Assembly (NCBI GenBank): GCA_964016885.1
Contig: OZ024755.1
Coordinates: 17,980,001 to 18,044,000, forward strand
Length of the DNA stretch: 64,000 nt
Reading direction: 5' to 3'
From: Eledone cirrhosa
Lineage: Eukaryota
Shown: positions 14,201-27,621 of the stretch, piece by piece
How the letters are laid out: the number at the start of each line of letters is the position of its first letter
Numbering within the stretch: position 1 is the first letter of the stretch
Position numbers and translations under genes: made by a program
The notes under the pieces: generated by a model
Database searches by the model: none
Told to the model about the DNA's origin: nothing
The model's input: only the letters and a program-made list of their open reading frames with translations

Positions 14201-17200
14201 CGTATACTAAATGGCTTCACTGTTACTTGACCTATACTAAATGGCTTCACTGGTAGTTGACCTATACTAAATGGCTTCACTGGTAGTTGACCTATACTAA
14301 ATGGCTTCACTGTTACTTGACCTATACTAAATGGCTTCACTGTTACTTGACCTATACTAAATGGCTTCACTGGTAGTTGACCTATACTAAATGGCTTTAC
14401 TGTTACTTGACCTATACTAAATGGCTTCACTGTTACTTGACCTATACTAAATGGCTTTACTGGTAGTTGACTTATACTAAATGGCTTCACTGTTAGTTGA
14501 CCTATACTAAATGGCTTCACTGTTAGTTGACCTATACTAAATGACTTCACTGGTAGTTGACCTATACTAAATGGCTTCACTGTTACTTGACCTATACTAA
14601 ATGGCTTCACTGGTAGTTGACCTATACTAAATGGCTTCACTGGTAGTTGACCCATACTAAATGGCTTTACTGTTACTTGACCTATACTAAATGGCTTCAC
14701 TGTTAGTTGACCTATACTAAATGGCTTCACTGTTAGTTGACCTATACTAAATGGCTTCACTAGTAGTTGACCAATACTAAATGGCTTCACTGTTAGTTGA
14801 CCTATACTAAATGGCTTCACTGGTAGTTGACCTATACTAAATGGCTTCACTGGTAGTTGACCTATACTAAATGGCTTCACTGGTAGTTGACCTATACGAA
14901 ATGGCTTCACTGGTAGTTGACCTATACTAAATGGCTTCACTGGTAGTTGACTTATACTAAATGGCTTCACTAGTAGTTGACCTATACTAAATGGCTTTAC
15001 TGTTACTTGACCTATACTAAATGGCTTTACTGTTACTTGACCTATACTAAATGGCTTTACTGTTACTTGACCTATACTAAATGGCTTCACTGGTAGTTGA
15101 CCTATACTAAATGGCTTCACTGTTAGTTGACCCATACTAAATGGCTTCACTGTTAGTTGACCTATACTAAATGGTTTCACTGGTAGTTGACCTCTACTAA
15201 ATGGCTTCACTGGTAGTTGACCTATACTAAATGGCTTCACTGGTAGTTGACCTATACTAAATGGCTTCACTGGTAGTTGACCTATACTAAATGGTTTCAC
15301 TGGTAGTTGACCTATACTAAATGGCTTCACTGGTAGTTGACCTATACTAAATGGCTTCACTGGTAGTTGACCTATACTAAATGGCTTCACTGGTAGTTGA
15401 CTTATACTAAATGGCTTCACTGGTAGTTGACCTATACTAAATGGCTTCACTGTTAGTTGACCTATACTAAATGGCTTCACTGTTAGTTGACCTATACTAA
15501 ATGGCTTCACTGTTAGTTGACCTATACTAAATGGCTTCACTGTTAGTTGACCTATACTAAATGGCTTCACTGGTAGTTGACCGATACTAAATGGCTTCAC
15601 TGGTAGTTGACCGATACTAAATGGCTTCACTGTTAGTTGACCTATACTAAATGGCTTTACTGTTACTTGACCTATACTAAATGGCTTTACTGTTACTTGA
15701 CCTATACTAAATGGCTTCACTGTTACTTGACCTATACTAAATGGCTTCACTGTTACTTGACCTATACTAAATGGCTTCACTGTTACTTGACCTATACTAA
15801 ATGGCTTTACTGGTAGTTGACTTATACTAAATGGCTTCACTGTTAGTTGACTTATACTAAATGGCTTCACTGTTAGTTGACCTATACTAAATGGCTTCAC
15901 TGGTAGTTGACCTATACTAAATGGCTCCTCTGGTAGTTGACCTATACTAAATGGCTTCACTGGTAGTTGACCTATACTAAATGGCTTCACTGGTAGTTGA
16001 CCTATACTAAATGGCTTCACTGGTAGTTGACCTATACTAAATGGCTTCACTGGTAGTTGACCTATACTAAATGGCTTCACTGGTAGTTGACTTATACTAA
16101 ATGGCTTCACTGGTAGTTGACGTATACTAAATGGCTTCACTGTTACTTGACCTATACTAAATGGCTTCACTGGTAGTTGACCTATACTAAATGGCTTCAC
16201 TGGTAGTTGACCTATACTAAATGGCTTCACTGGTAGTTGACCTATACTAAATGGCTTCACTGTTACTTGACCTATACTAAATGGCTTCACTGTTACTTGA
16301 CCTATACTAAATAGCTTCACTGGTAGTTGACCTATACTAAATGGCTTTACTGTTACTTGACCTATAATAAATGGCTTCACTGTTACTTGACCTATACTAA
16401 ATGGCTTTACTGGTAGTTGACTTATACTAAATGGCTTCACTGTTAGTTGACCTATACTAAATGGCTTCACTGTTAGTTGACCTATACTAAATGGCTTCAC
16501 TGGTAGTTGACCTATACTAAATGGCTTCACTGTTACTTGACCTATACTAAATGGCTTCACTGGTAGTTGACCTATACTAAATGGCTTCACTGGTAGTTGA
16601 CCCATACTAAATGGCTTTACTGTTACTTGACCTATACTAAATGGCTTCACTGTTAGTTGACCTATACTAAATGGCTTCACTGTTAGTTGACCTATACTAA
16701 ATGGCTTCACTAGTAGTTGACCTATACTAAATGGCTTCACTGTTAGTTGACCTATACTAAATGGCTTCACTGGTAGTTGACCTATACTAAATGGCTTCAC
16801 TGGTAGTTGACCTATACTAAATGGCTTCACTGGTAGTTGACCTATACTAAATGGCTTCACTGGTAGTTGACCTATACGAAATGGCTTCACTGGTAGTTGA
16901 CCTATACTAAATGGCTTCACTGGTAGTTGACTTATACTAAATGGCTTCACTAGTAGTTGACCTATACTAAATGGCTTTACTGTTACTTGACCTATACTAA
17001 ATGGCTTTACTGTTACTTAACCTATACTAAATGGCTTTACTGTTACTTGACCTATACTAAATGGCTTCACTGGTAGTTGACCTATACTAAATGGCTTCAC
17101 TGTTAGTTGACCTATACTAAATGGCTTCACTGTTAGTTGACCTATACTAAATGGTTTCACTGGTAGTTGACCTCTACTAAATGGCTTCACTGGTAGTTGA

Positions 17201-20200
17201 CCTATACTAAATGGCTTCACTGGTAGTTGACCTATACTAAATGGCTTCACTGGTAGTTGACCTATACTAAATGGTTTCACTGGTAGTTGACCTATACTAA
17301 ATGGCTTCACTGGTAGTTGACCTATACTAAATGGCTTCACTGGTAGTTGACCTATACTAAATGGCTTCACTGGTAGTTGACTTATACTAAATGGCTTCAC
17401 TGTTAGTTGACCTATACTAAATGGCTTCACTGTTAGTTGACCTATACTAAATGGCTTCACTGTTAGTTGACCTATACTAAATGGCTTCACTGTTAGTTGA
17501 CCTATACTAAATGGCTTCACTGGTAGTTGACCGATACTAAATGGCTTCACTGGTAGTTGACCGATACTAAATGGCTTCACTGTTAGTTGACCTATACTAA
17601 ATGGCTTCACTGTTAGTTGACCTATACTAAATGGCTTCACTGGTAGTTGACCTATACTAAATGGCTTCACTGGTAGTTGACCTATACTAAATGGCTTCAC
17701 TGGTAGTTGACCTATACTAAATGGCTTCACTGTTAGTTGACCTATACTAAATGGCTTCACTGGTAGTTGACCTATACTAAATGGTTTCACTGGTAGTTGA
17801 CCTATACTAAATGGCTTCACTGTTAGTTGACCTATACTAAATGGCTTCACTGGTAGTTGACCTATACGAAATGGCTTCACTGGTAGTTGACCTATACTAA
17901 ATGGCTTCACTGGTAGTTGACCTATACTAAATGGCTTCACTGGTAGTCGACCTATACTAAATGGCTTCACTGGTAGTCGACCTATACTAAATGGCTTCAC
18001 TGGTAGTCGACCTATACTAAATGGCTTCACTGTTAGTTGACCTATACTAAATGGCTTCACTGGTAGTTGACCTATACTAAATGGCTTCACTGGTAATTGA
18101 CCTATACTAAATGGCTTCACTGTTAGTTGACCTATACTAAATGGCTTCACTGTTAGTTGACCTATACTAAATGGCTTCACTGTTAGTTGACCTATACTAA
18201 ATGGCTTCACTAGTAGTTGACCTATACTAAATGGCTTCACTGTTAGTTGACCTATACTAAATGGCTTCACTGTTAGTTGACCTATACTAAATGGCTTCAC
18301 TGGTAGTTGACCTATACTAAATGGCTTCACTGGTAGTTGACCTATATTAAATGGCTTCACTGGTAGTTGACCTATACTAAATGGCTTCACTGGTAGTTGA
18401 CCTATACTAAATGGCTTTACTGTTACTTGACCTATACTAAATGGCTTTACTGTTACTTGACCTATACTAAATGGCTTTACTGTTACTTGACCTATACTAA
18501 ATGGCTTTACTGTTACTTGACCTATACTAAATGGCTTTACTGTTACTTGACCTATACTAAATGGCTTCACTGTTACTTGACCTATACTAAATGGCTTCAC
18601 TGTTACTTGACCTATACTAAATGGCTTCACTGTTACTTGACCTATACTAAATGGCTTTACTGGTAGTTGACTTATACTAAATGGCTTCACTGTTAGTTGA
18701 CTTATACTAAATGGCTTCACTGTTAGTTGACCTATACTAAATGGCTTCACTGGTAGTTCACCTATACTAAATGGCTTCACTGGTAGTTGACCTATACTAA
18801 ATGGCTTCACTGGTAGTTGACCTATACTAAATGGCTTCACTGGTAGTTGACCTATACTAAATGGCTTCACTGGTAGTTGACCTATACTAAATGGCTTCAC
18901 TGGTAGTTGACTTATACTAAATGGCTTCACTGGTAGTTGACGTGTACTAAATGGCTTCACTGTTATTTGACCTATACTAAATGGCTTCACTGGTAGTTGA
19001 CCTATACTAAATGGCTTCACTGGTAGTTGACCTATACTAAATGGCTTCACTGTTACTTGACCTATACTAAATGGCTTCACTGTTACTTGACCTATACTAA
19101 ATGGCTTCACTGGTAGTTGACCTATACTAAATGGCTTTACTGTTACTTGACCTATACTAAATGGCTTCACTGTTACTTGACCTATACTAAATGGCTTTAC
19201 TGGTAGTTGACTTATACTAAATGGCTTCACTGGTAGTTGACCTATACTAAATGGCTTCACTGGTAGTTGACCTATACTAAATGGCTTCACTGGTAGTTGA
19301 CCTATACTAAATGGCTTCACTGTTACTTGACCTATACTAAATGGCTTCACTGGTAGTTGACCTATACTAAATGGCTTTACTGTTACTTGACCTATACTAA
19401 ATGGCTTCACTGTTAGTTGACCTATACTAAATGGCTTCACTAGTAGTTGACCTATACTAAATGGCTTCACTGTTAGTTGACCTATACTAAATGGCTTCAC
19501 TGGTAGTTGACCTATACTAAATGGCTTCACTGGTAGTTGACCTATACTAAATGGCTTCACTGGTAGTTGACCTATACTAAATGGCTTCACTGGTAGTTGA
19601 CCTATACTAAATGGCTTCACTGGTAGTTGACCTATACGAAATGGCTTCACTGGTAGTTGACCTATACTAAATGGCTTCACTGGTAGTTGACTTATACTAA
19701 ATGGCTTCACTAGTAGTTGACTTATACTAAATGGCTTCACTAGTAGTTGACCTATACTAAATGGCTTCACTGGTAGTTGACCTATACTAAATGGCTTCAC
19801 TGGTAATTGACCTATACTAAATGGCTTCACTGGTAGTTGACCTATACTAAATGGCTTCACTGTTACTTGACCTATACTAAATGGCTTCACTGGTAGTTGA
19901 CCTATACTAAATGGCTTTACTGTTACTTGACCTATACTAAATGGCTTCACTGTTACTTGACCTATACTAAATGGCTTTACTGGTAGTTGACTTATACTAA
20001 ATGGCTTCACTGTCAGTTGACCTATACTAAATGGCTTCACTGGTAGTTGACCTATACTAAATGGCTTCACTGGTAGTTGACCTATACTAAATTGCTTCAC
20101 TGGTAGTTGACCTATACTAAATTGCTTCACTGTTACTTTACCTATACTAAATGGCTTTACTGTTACTTGACCTATACTAAATGGCTTTACTGTTACTTGA

Positions 20201-21936
20201 CCTATACTAAATGGCTTTACTGTTACTTGACCTATACTAAATGGCTTCACTGTTACTTGACCTATACTAAATGGCTTTACTGGTAGTTGACTTATACTAA
20301 ATGGCTTCACTGTCAGTTGACCTATACTAAATGGCTTCACTGGTAGTTGACCTATACTAAATGGCTTCACTGGTAGTTGACCTATACTAAATGGCTTCAC
20401 TGTTAGTTGACCTATACTAAATGGCTTCACTGTTAGTTGACCTATACTAAATGGCTTCACTGGTAGTTGACTTATACTAAATGGCTTCACTGTTAGTTGA
20501 CCTATACTAAATGGCTTTACTGGTAGTTGACCTATACTAAATGGCTTCACTGGTAGTTGACCTATACTAAATGGCTTCACTGGTAGTTGACCTATACTAA
20601 ATGGCTTCACTAGTAGTTGACCTATACTAAATGGCTTCACTGTTAGTTGACCTATACTAAATGGCTTCACTGTTAGTTGACCTATACTAAATGGCTTCAC
20701 TGGTAGTTGACCTATACTAAATGGCTTCACTGGTAGTTGACCTATACTAAATGGTTTCACTGGTAGTTGACCTATACTAAATGGCTTCACTGGTAGTTGA
20801 CCTATACTAAATGGCTTCACTGTTAGTTGACCTATACTAAATGGCTTCACTGTTAGTTGACCTATACTAAATGGCTTCACTGTTAGTTGACCTATACTAA
20901 ATGGCTTCACTGTTAGTTGACCTATACTAAATGGCTTCACTGGTAGTTGACCGATACTAAATGGCTTCACTGTTAGTTGACCTATACTAAATGGCTTCAC
21001 TGTTAGTTGACCTATACTAAATGGCTTCACTGGTAGTTGACCTATACTAAATGGCTTCACTGGTAGTTGACCTATACTAAATGGCTTCACTGGTAGTTGA
21101 CCTATACTAAATGGCTTCACTGTTAGTTGACCTATACTAAATGGCTTCACTGGTAGTTGACCTATACTAAATGGCTTCACTGGTAGTTGACCTATACTAA
21201 ATGGTTTCACTGGTAGTTGACCTATACTAAATGGCTTCACTGGTAGTTGACCTATACTAAATGGCTTCACTGGTAGTTGACCTATACTAAATGGCTTCAC
21301 TGGTAGTTGACCTATACTAAATGGTTTCACTGGTAGTTGACCTATACTAAATGGCTTCACTGTTAGTTGACCTATACTAAATGGCTTCACTGGTAGTTGA
21401 CCTATACTAAATGGCTTCACTGGTAGTTGACCTATACTAAATGGCTTCACTGGTAGTTGACCTATACTAAATGGTTTCACTGGTAGTTGACCTATACTAA
21501 ATGGCTTCACTGGTAGTTGACCTATACTAAATGGCTTCACTGGTAGTTGACCTATACTAAATGGCTTCACTGGTAGTTGACCTATACTAAATGGCTTCAC
21601 TGGTAGTTGACCTATACTAAATGGCTTCACTGGTAGTTGACCTATACTAAATGGTTTCACTGGTAGTTGACCTATACTAAATGGCTTCACTGGTAGTTGA
21701 CCTATACTAAATGGCTTCACTGGTAGTTGACCTATACTAAATGGCTTCACTGGTAGTTGACCTATACTAAATGGTTTCACTGGTAGTTGACCTATACTAA
21801 ATGGCTTCACTGGTAGTTGACCTATACTAAATGGTTTCACTGGTAGTTGACCTATACTAAATGGCTTCACTGGTAGTTGACCTATACTAAATGGCTTCAC
21901 TGGTAGTTGACCTATACTAAATGGCTTCACTGGTAG
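5251..21936. repeat. 30-bp satellite array, ~556 units, consensus CTG(G/T)TA(G/C)TTGACCTATACTAAATGGCTTCA
   Basis: Directly visible; 1-nt deletion at ~12558; one minus frame reads (VKPFSIGQL[P/T])n. Confidence 0.99.
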
Positions 21937-22039
21937 GGTTATCATTTCCCAGTTCCATGTTATGGAAAGAAGTTATGGTTTTCATTAGATTAAATATTTT
22001 TGACAGTGACTGGCGCTAATAGTTGATCCAATGTTCAAA

Positions 22040-22074
22040 AGTGGCCCGCCAATGGAATATGTTGCACACCCCTG
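22040..22074. mobile_element. Possible hAT-like terminal inverted repeat remnant
   Basis: GTGGCCCGCC...TTGCACACCCCTG, the reverse complement of a CAGGGGTG-type hAT end; no partner end found. Confidence 0.35.
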
Positions 22075-22255
22075 GATATGGTTTTTAAATTATTTTGCAA
22101 ACAATCAAGATTTTTGAGGGATTTAGTAATATAACTAACTTTCTCATTATTCAACCAGTTTGTATTTTAGAACCAGTTTCAGAAGGTTTGGTATCAAAAG
22201 CGGTTAATACACACACACAAATAAGAAAAATAAAGGGACAATGAATGTAGATCAA

Positions 22256-22261
22256 TTTATT
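22256..22261 (-). terminator. Candidate ALG1 polyadenylation signal
   Basis: AATAAA on the minus strand ~410 nt downstream of the ALG1 stop. Confidence 0.35.
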
Positions 22262-22670
22262 CAGCTGATAATCCCATCTTAAGTTTACAAAGGAAAAAAA
22301 AAAGCAAAACCAAGACATTTCTCTAAATAGCCAGTATTGAGTGGGAAGGACTCAATAAGCAGGCTACCACTCTATAGCCATGAAACACTAATAGCAAACA
22401 CTGAAAAGGCAAATTAAATAGAAATAATTTGAAATTCACCATTAAAGATCACAGCTTATTGACTGCTTTGACTTTTCATTAATTACAAATGTTATTTTAA
22501 CTGATATGATAGGGGGAGCACCGTTTTTATGTTTCTCAGTATTTTTTTAACTGAAGTAGTTATTTATATTTTTTCTCTTTCTCTTTTTTTTTTTTTTTTT
22601 TTTTTAAACCATAATCCTTTTTTTAAATTTCACATCTTGAAATATAAAATTTCAAAAACAACAAACAAAT

Positions 22671-22823
22671 TCAATCCTGTTTTTTATTGCTCTGATCAGT
22701 CTCAATAAAAAGAGGTTCAACGTTTGTCTTCCAGTTATGGTGCCAGCGTACCTTCTGGAATTCTTTTAAGTTGCTACGTAATATCTTTAGCAAAGTGTTG
22801 TCTTGGTAATCTGCAAGAAGTTC
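22671..22823 (-). CDS. ALG1: ALG1 coding exon 13 (terminal, includes TGA)
   Basis: CAG acceptor, ELLADYQDNTLLKILRSNLKEFQKVRWHHNWKTNVEPLF...QD*; resembles the ALG1 C-terminal W..NW motif. Confidence 0.88.
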   Translation of the reverse strand, partial: ELLADYQDNTLLKILRSNLKEFQKVRWHHNWKTNVEPLFIETDQSNKKQD

Positions 22824-22884
22824 CTGGAAAAAGCAAAATACGTAAAAATAAATAAACAAACAAATATTTACTAAGTATAATAAT

Positions 22885-23108
22885 GTGTTGTTTCCTTGAG
22901 CAAGACACTTTATTTCCCATTGCTCCAGTTCACTCAGCTGTGGAAATGAGATGATAGGACTGGGGTCCCTATCATTCCACTGTAAAGTGGTCGTGGAGGT
23001 GCCACGACAAAAAAGCACCCAGCACTCACTGTAAATGAGGTTGGTGTTAGGAAGGGCATCCAGCTGTAGAAATCAAGCCAGAATCAGTTCCCGTCCCACC
23101 CTTGCAAG
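22885..23108 (+). mobile_element. 5'-truncated tRNA-SINE (family A)
   Basis: Near-identical to the body of the copy at 34005-34345. Confidence 0.85.
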
Positions 23109-23350
23109 CAGATATTACTGTCACAGTAGTTCTATTTCGAACAAATCTTATTTTAATTATTCTGTCATTCACTCTATTTACGTCTATTATCTTATCCACC
23201 CATTTTTCTGCTAACATGATTCCTAACCCACCCAGCCCATTGTCATTTCCCACCCAGAAAAGCTTATAGCATCGTTTTTTACCCACAAGGAATCTAGCAG
23301 ACCCGCCCCTCCACCTGGTCTCTTGGATACAGCAAACATCAACTGTGTAT
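23108..23350 (-). mobile_element. RTE LINE AP-endonuclease fragment
   Basis: VCCIQETRW and YKLFWVGNDNGLGGLGIMLAEKWVDKIIDVNRVNDRII. Confidence 0.8.
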
Positions 23351-23592
23351 TTGAGAATTCATCGGTTTCCAATCAAGTAGCATGAGGAAATTTGGCTTAG
23401 TGCTAGAGGTCATTACTTCTCTCCCCCCCAGCATGTCCCTTCGTCAGTCACCCGCGTTTCTCAGTGATAGAGATCATCACCACCCTCCCCCAGTCGCTAA
23501 GATCAACACCTTTTCATCAAAGCAGATATTATTTTACCTACCCAGGCAACGCTGGGTACTGCTGCTAGTAAAATATAAAATAAAATAGTTAC

Positions 23593-23668
23593 CTTCAAAT
23601 TTTCGGCTAATTCTTGACTATCTTTAAAGATCAGTCCATTCACACCATGTTTTACTAATTCAGACAAA
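23593..23668 (-). CDS. ALG1: ALG1 coding exon 12
   Basis: AG/GT bounded, 76 nt, (C)LSELVKHGVNGLIFKDSQELAENLK. Confidence 0.93.
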
Positions 23669-23799
23669 CTAAAAGAAGAAACAAGACAAACTTAAGGTAA
23701 TAGATTACAAATCATATCAAAGACTAATATAAAAGAAACCTCAAAATACACCAATACACAGTATAGAAGCATAAACACAGAATTTAAACCCTTTTTGAT

Positions 23800-24250
23800 A
23801 TCATGTCAGGTCACTGCTACTGGCAGCGTGTAACCCAGTATAACCTGTTGCTTGGTAGGGTCGTCGGCGACTAAACCGGCAACCCCACCTACTTGGTGAG
23901 GAGGGTGATTTGGGGCACCCTACAGGACAAAAAACAAAACCTGACAAAGGGCGGAAGAACTCATAAAAGTCAACAGCCATCTAAAAACCAAAATCCTGCC
24001 AAATCAATGGGTGGCAGTAGTTCCAGCTGCAAGCATCGAAAGACAGGTGTAGTGGTTCTGAGAACAATGCGGCTTTGCAGATGATCAATGTAAATTGACA
24101 ATGGAAAGGTGCTCCCGCTTGAGTTAGAAGAGAACTATTGACCTTCAGGAGAAGCAGTGACCCCTGATTGTATTCAGCAACCAAAACAATGGACCTAGGG
24201 GCGGCCCTGGTTCTTCTTATTTGTGAGTGTAAACTCGGCCAGATTAGATT
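23800..24250 (+). mobile_element. Probable 5' UTR fragment of an RTE-like LINE, with a degenerate HDV-like ribozyme fold
   Basis: GC-richer insert interrupting an AT-rich repeat; possible P1/P2/P4 pairings at 23805-23880. Confidence 0.35.
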
Positions 24251-24732
24251 CGATACCAACCTGCCCAAAACTGGCTCTGGTTCTATAAAACAAAATCACC
24301 AATTTTAAAGGGTTCCTATTTAAATTAAAAAAAAATTTCTAACATAAATTTATGCAAGAACCATTTAAATTAAAAATGATTTAATAATCTTAATAAATCC
24401 CTCCAAATTCTTCAGTAATCCGTTTGATAGCAACACAGTCAAAACTGGCTCTGGTTCTATGAAACAAAACCACACATTTTAAAGGGTTTTTATTTTACCC
24501 TTTTGATACCAGCCCAGACAAGAATGGCTTTGATTCTATGAAATGAAAAGACTCATTTAAAATTTTTTGTATTTAATATCAAATCTTCCAACATAATTTT
24601 ATACAAGAACCATTTGATAAGTTATTGTCTTAGTAATGAAGTGATTAATAATTTTAGTGAAGTCCGCAAAATTCTTCATTAAGAGAAAACCTAAGCCTTA
24701 TAAGAATCAGACGCAATAAGTACTCAACTTAC

Positions 24733-24847
24733 CAGTTAAAATGAACAGCACACACAGGTAGACAGCAGCCAAACATATCAACAACTTTCATAGGGAGATC
24801 AAGGCCACTGGAAGACTTGTGCAGGCATACTCCTAGATCAGCACAAC
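24733..24847 (-). CDS. ALG1: ALG1 coding exon 11
   Basis: [38 protein letters not shown], the hallmark ALG1 motif; CAG/GTAAG, 115 nt. Confidence 0.98.
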
Positions 24848-24934
24848 CTGAAATAAAACAGGACAAAAAGGAAGTGAAAATAAAACAGAAAAATTCTAAG
24901 AAAATATGAAAGGAATAATAAAGAAAAACCTGAA

Positions 24935-25322
24935 AATGCCTTGGTACAACCTTACCCAATTACACCTCTCAAAGGCGATGACACACGACCGTGACCTCTG
25001 GCGTCACGCAGTAATACAGAGTACCCGACCTCCCATGGGTACAAGCTGAAGCATATAGACAATATGCCCCCACACCCTCCCACTGCAAAAAAGCACCCAG
25101 CCCACACTGTAAAGTGGACGTGTAGGCGCCACGGAAAAAAGCACCCAGCACTCACTGTAAATGAGGTTGGTGTTAGGAAGGGCATCCAGCTGTAGAAATC
25201 AAGCCAAAATCAGTTCCTGTATGAGCAAGGCATGGTCAGCCGACCAGAAACTGCCCACAACAGGACAATCCGTCTAACCCATGCTAGCATGGAAGAATGG
25301 ACGTAAAACGGTGATGATGATT
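24935..25322 (+). mobile_element. SINE/RTE-tail composite repeat
   Basis: Shares AAGGGCATCCAGCTGTAGAAATC and a (GAT)n tail with SINE family A; reverse-orientation relative at 63290-63620. Confidence 0.65.
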
Positions 25323-25915
25323 ACAAATACCATCTTTATAATGAAATATATCATAATTCTAATAAAACCATCAAATTTCAGCATTCATTAATTGAAATAG
25401 AATGTATAATTTTAGAAATAAGGTCATAGAAGGTTTAACCAGAGTAAATGTAAGTGTAGCATTTAGCATTTCATCAACATCATCATTTTATGTCCGCTTT
25501 TCCTTGCTTGCAAGGGTGGGACGGGTCCTTTTCAGCACAGCATCTCTCCCTTCGTCATCTCCTCTGTGAGCTTCAGTGATCTGAGGTCAGCACTCACCAC
25601 CCCCACCCATGATTTTGTGGTTTTCCTCTACTGCATCTTCCTTCCACTGGGATTTCTTGGTACTTCTTTACCCAGCAGTCACCCTCGTCTATGCTTGGTT
25701 GTTCACGCACATTGACATTGCATATTCATCGGAGCATGCTTGCTTCATTTCTCTCCAGCCGCCACATATCCTCTGCAGTTGCTGCCCATGTCTCACTACC
25801 ATGCAGCATTGTGCATCTCACACAGGCATCATATAACCAGCCTTTCATTCATAGGGAGAAAATAACTTCCAAGACACAGTTGAGAAGAGAGTATGAGAGA
25901 AGTTTCATTCCTTAC

Positions 25916-26026
25916 CAAGTAGTGTAGGGTAATCTTCAGCTTCTAACCATGGCAGACAAATACTTATGTGTTTCCATTGTTTCTGGTCTAACTGTTTACT
26001 ATAGAAGTTTTTCAGTTGACCTTTAC
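25916..26026 (-). CDS. ALG1: ALG1 coding exon 10
   Basis: [37 protein letters not shown]; CAG/GTAAG, 111 nt. Confidence 0.97.
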
Positions 26027-26229
26027 CTGAAATAAACACTTTAATTTGTTAATTCAAATCTAACCGATGATATTTTTCCATATATACATACAATTTATAA
26101 TAAACTGAAGTGAAAACCAACAGGTGCGTGTGTTTTTATTGGCCCTCCCAAAGTATAATAATATCTGTTTCAACACACGTTTTCAGATAAGAAATCTTGC
26201 AAAACAAATTAAAAAACGATATATATATA

Positions 26230-26880
26230 ATAAAAATGATTGCATACAGTGCTCAGGTGCACTACAACTCATCAAAGGTGTATGTATAATACATAGAATA
26301 ATGTACAAATGTCAGGAAAGTGAACAGTGTATGAGTCATGATATACATACACACACATGCATACGTGTGTATGGAGGGGGAATATCAGGTGTAGTGTTGG
26401 TGAATTTCACAGTGTTTCTCTGACACAGGATTCAATCAGTTTGGTGATGCAGCTAGTAAGACTGACTAGATGATAGTTGACAGGCAACATGCAATCACCT
26501 TTTTTGAACAGAGGAATGGCACCGGTGGTTTTCCCCTGCTCTGGCGTAACACTGTTGTTAAGGCAGAATTGAAAGAAGAGAGAAAGCTGATGCAGAAGAA
26601 AGTACGCGCCATGTTTGAGAAGCAGGTCCATAACACCATCAAGACCAGGAGAGGCATAGTTGCACTTATTCTTAAGGCAGCATTGCAGGTGAAAATTCCA
26701 TAGTTGTTATAGAATTTGATGTCAGAGGTGGTGAGGTCTGCTTTGAATGTACATATTTCTAGAACACTTTGTTGTCAGGGTTGGTTGCTATATGCTGTTC
26801 AAATTCACGCACTGCCTGGTGTGATTGTCTACATTCGCTCAAAATTTTCAGCAATTCCTTGCAATGATTTGAACCAATCA
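26230..26880 (-). mobile_element. CR1/L2-type LINE remnant (RT N-terminal fragment plus 3' UTR)
   Basis: PLFKKGD..PVNYHLVSLTSCITKLIES; 26240-26410 matches the CR1 3' UTR at 56460-56640. Confidence 0.75.
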
Positions 26881-26983
26881 CAACAAACTCTACTATATAT
26901 GAAAATGTGTGGCTTAATGGTTAGGGCATTGAATTCATGAGTGCAGGTTTGAATGTTTAATTCCTGGTAGTGCTTTGTCTCCT

Positions 26984-27405
26984 TAACCCTTTAGCATTTA
27001 CATTACTCTATATATACTACAATGTTTTCACAGTAAAGGCTTTATTTCATGGTTAGAACGTCTTAGGAGAGAATTGCTGGACAGTTGATATTATCTATTT
27101 TGAGGACAATACTTTATTGTAGGCATGAGTGGCCAGTTACAGCCAGTTTGAACAGAAAGAGGTGAGAGAATTCTGGCCAGATACAGCCGGTTTAACCCTT
27201 TAGCATTTACATTATTCTATATATACTATTGTATTTTCGCAGTAAAGGCTTTACCTCACATAATATTGAATTTGAGATTTTGATGTTATATATTTTAAGA
27301 ACAATACCTTAACATAAGTATGAGTGGCCAGTTACAGCCGGTTTGAACAGAAAGAGGTGAGAGAATTCTAGCTGGTTCTAGTCAGTTTGAATGCTCAAGG
27401 GTTAA
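26984..27405 (+). mobile_element. Two tandem TTAA-flanked piggyBac-type MITE copies
   Basis: TTAACCCTTTAGCATTT starts at ~26984 and ~27192; ends AATGCTCAAGGGTTAA. Confidence 0.7.
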
Positions 27406-27428
27406 GCATGGCACTTTATCCCACATTG

Positions 27429-27621
27429 CACCACCACCATCATCATCATTACCACCATCACCACCACCACTACCACCACCACCATCACCACCACCATCAC
27501 CATCACCACCACCATCACCACCACCATCATCATCACCATCATCATCACCACCATCACCACCATCACCACCACCACCACCACCATCACCACCACCACCATC
27601 ATCATCATCACCATCACCATC
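27429..27621. repeat. (CAC/CAT)n microsatellite
   Basis: Directly visible; source of the poly-His ORF. Confidence 0.97.

Noticed and set aside
5251-21936. CRISPR array
   Set aside because: Head-to-tail units with no unique spacers, no cas genes, eukaryotic context
5201-21945. Giant ORFs (2446, 1465 and 1642 aa) as protein-coding genes
   Set aside because: Pure translation of a 30-bp satellite, with no domains, broken by a stop and a frameshift; kept only as a low-probability finding
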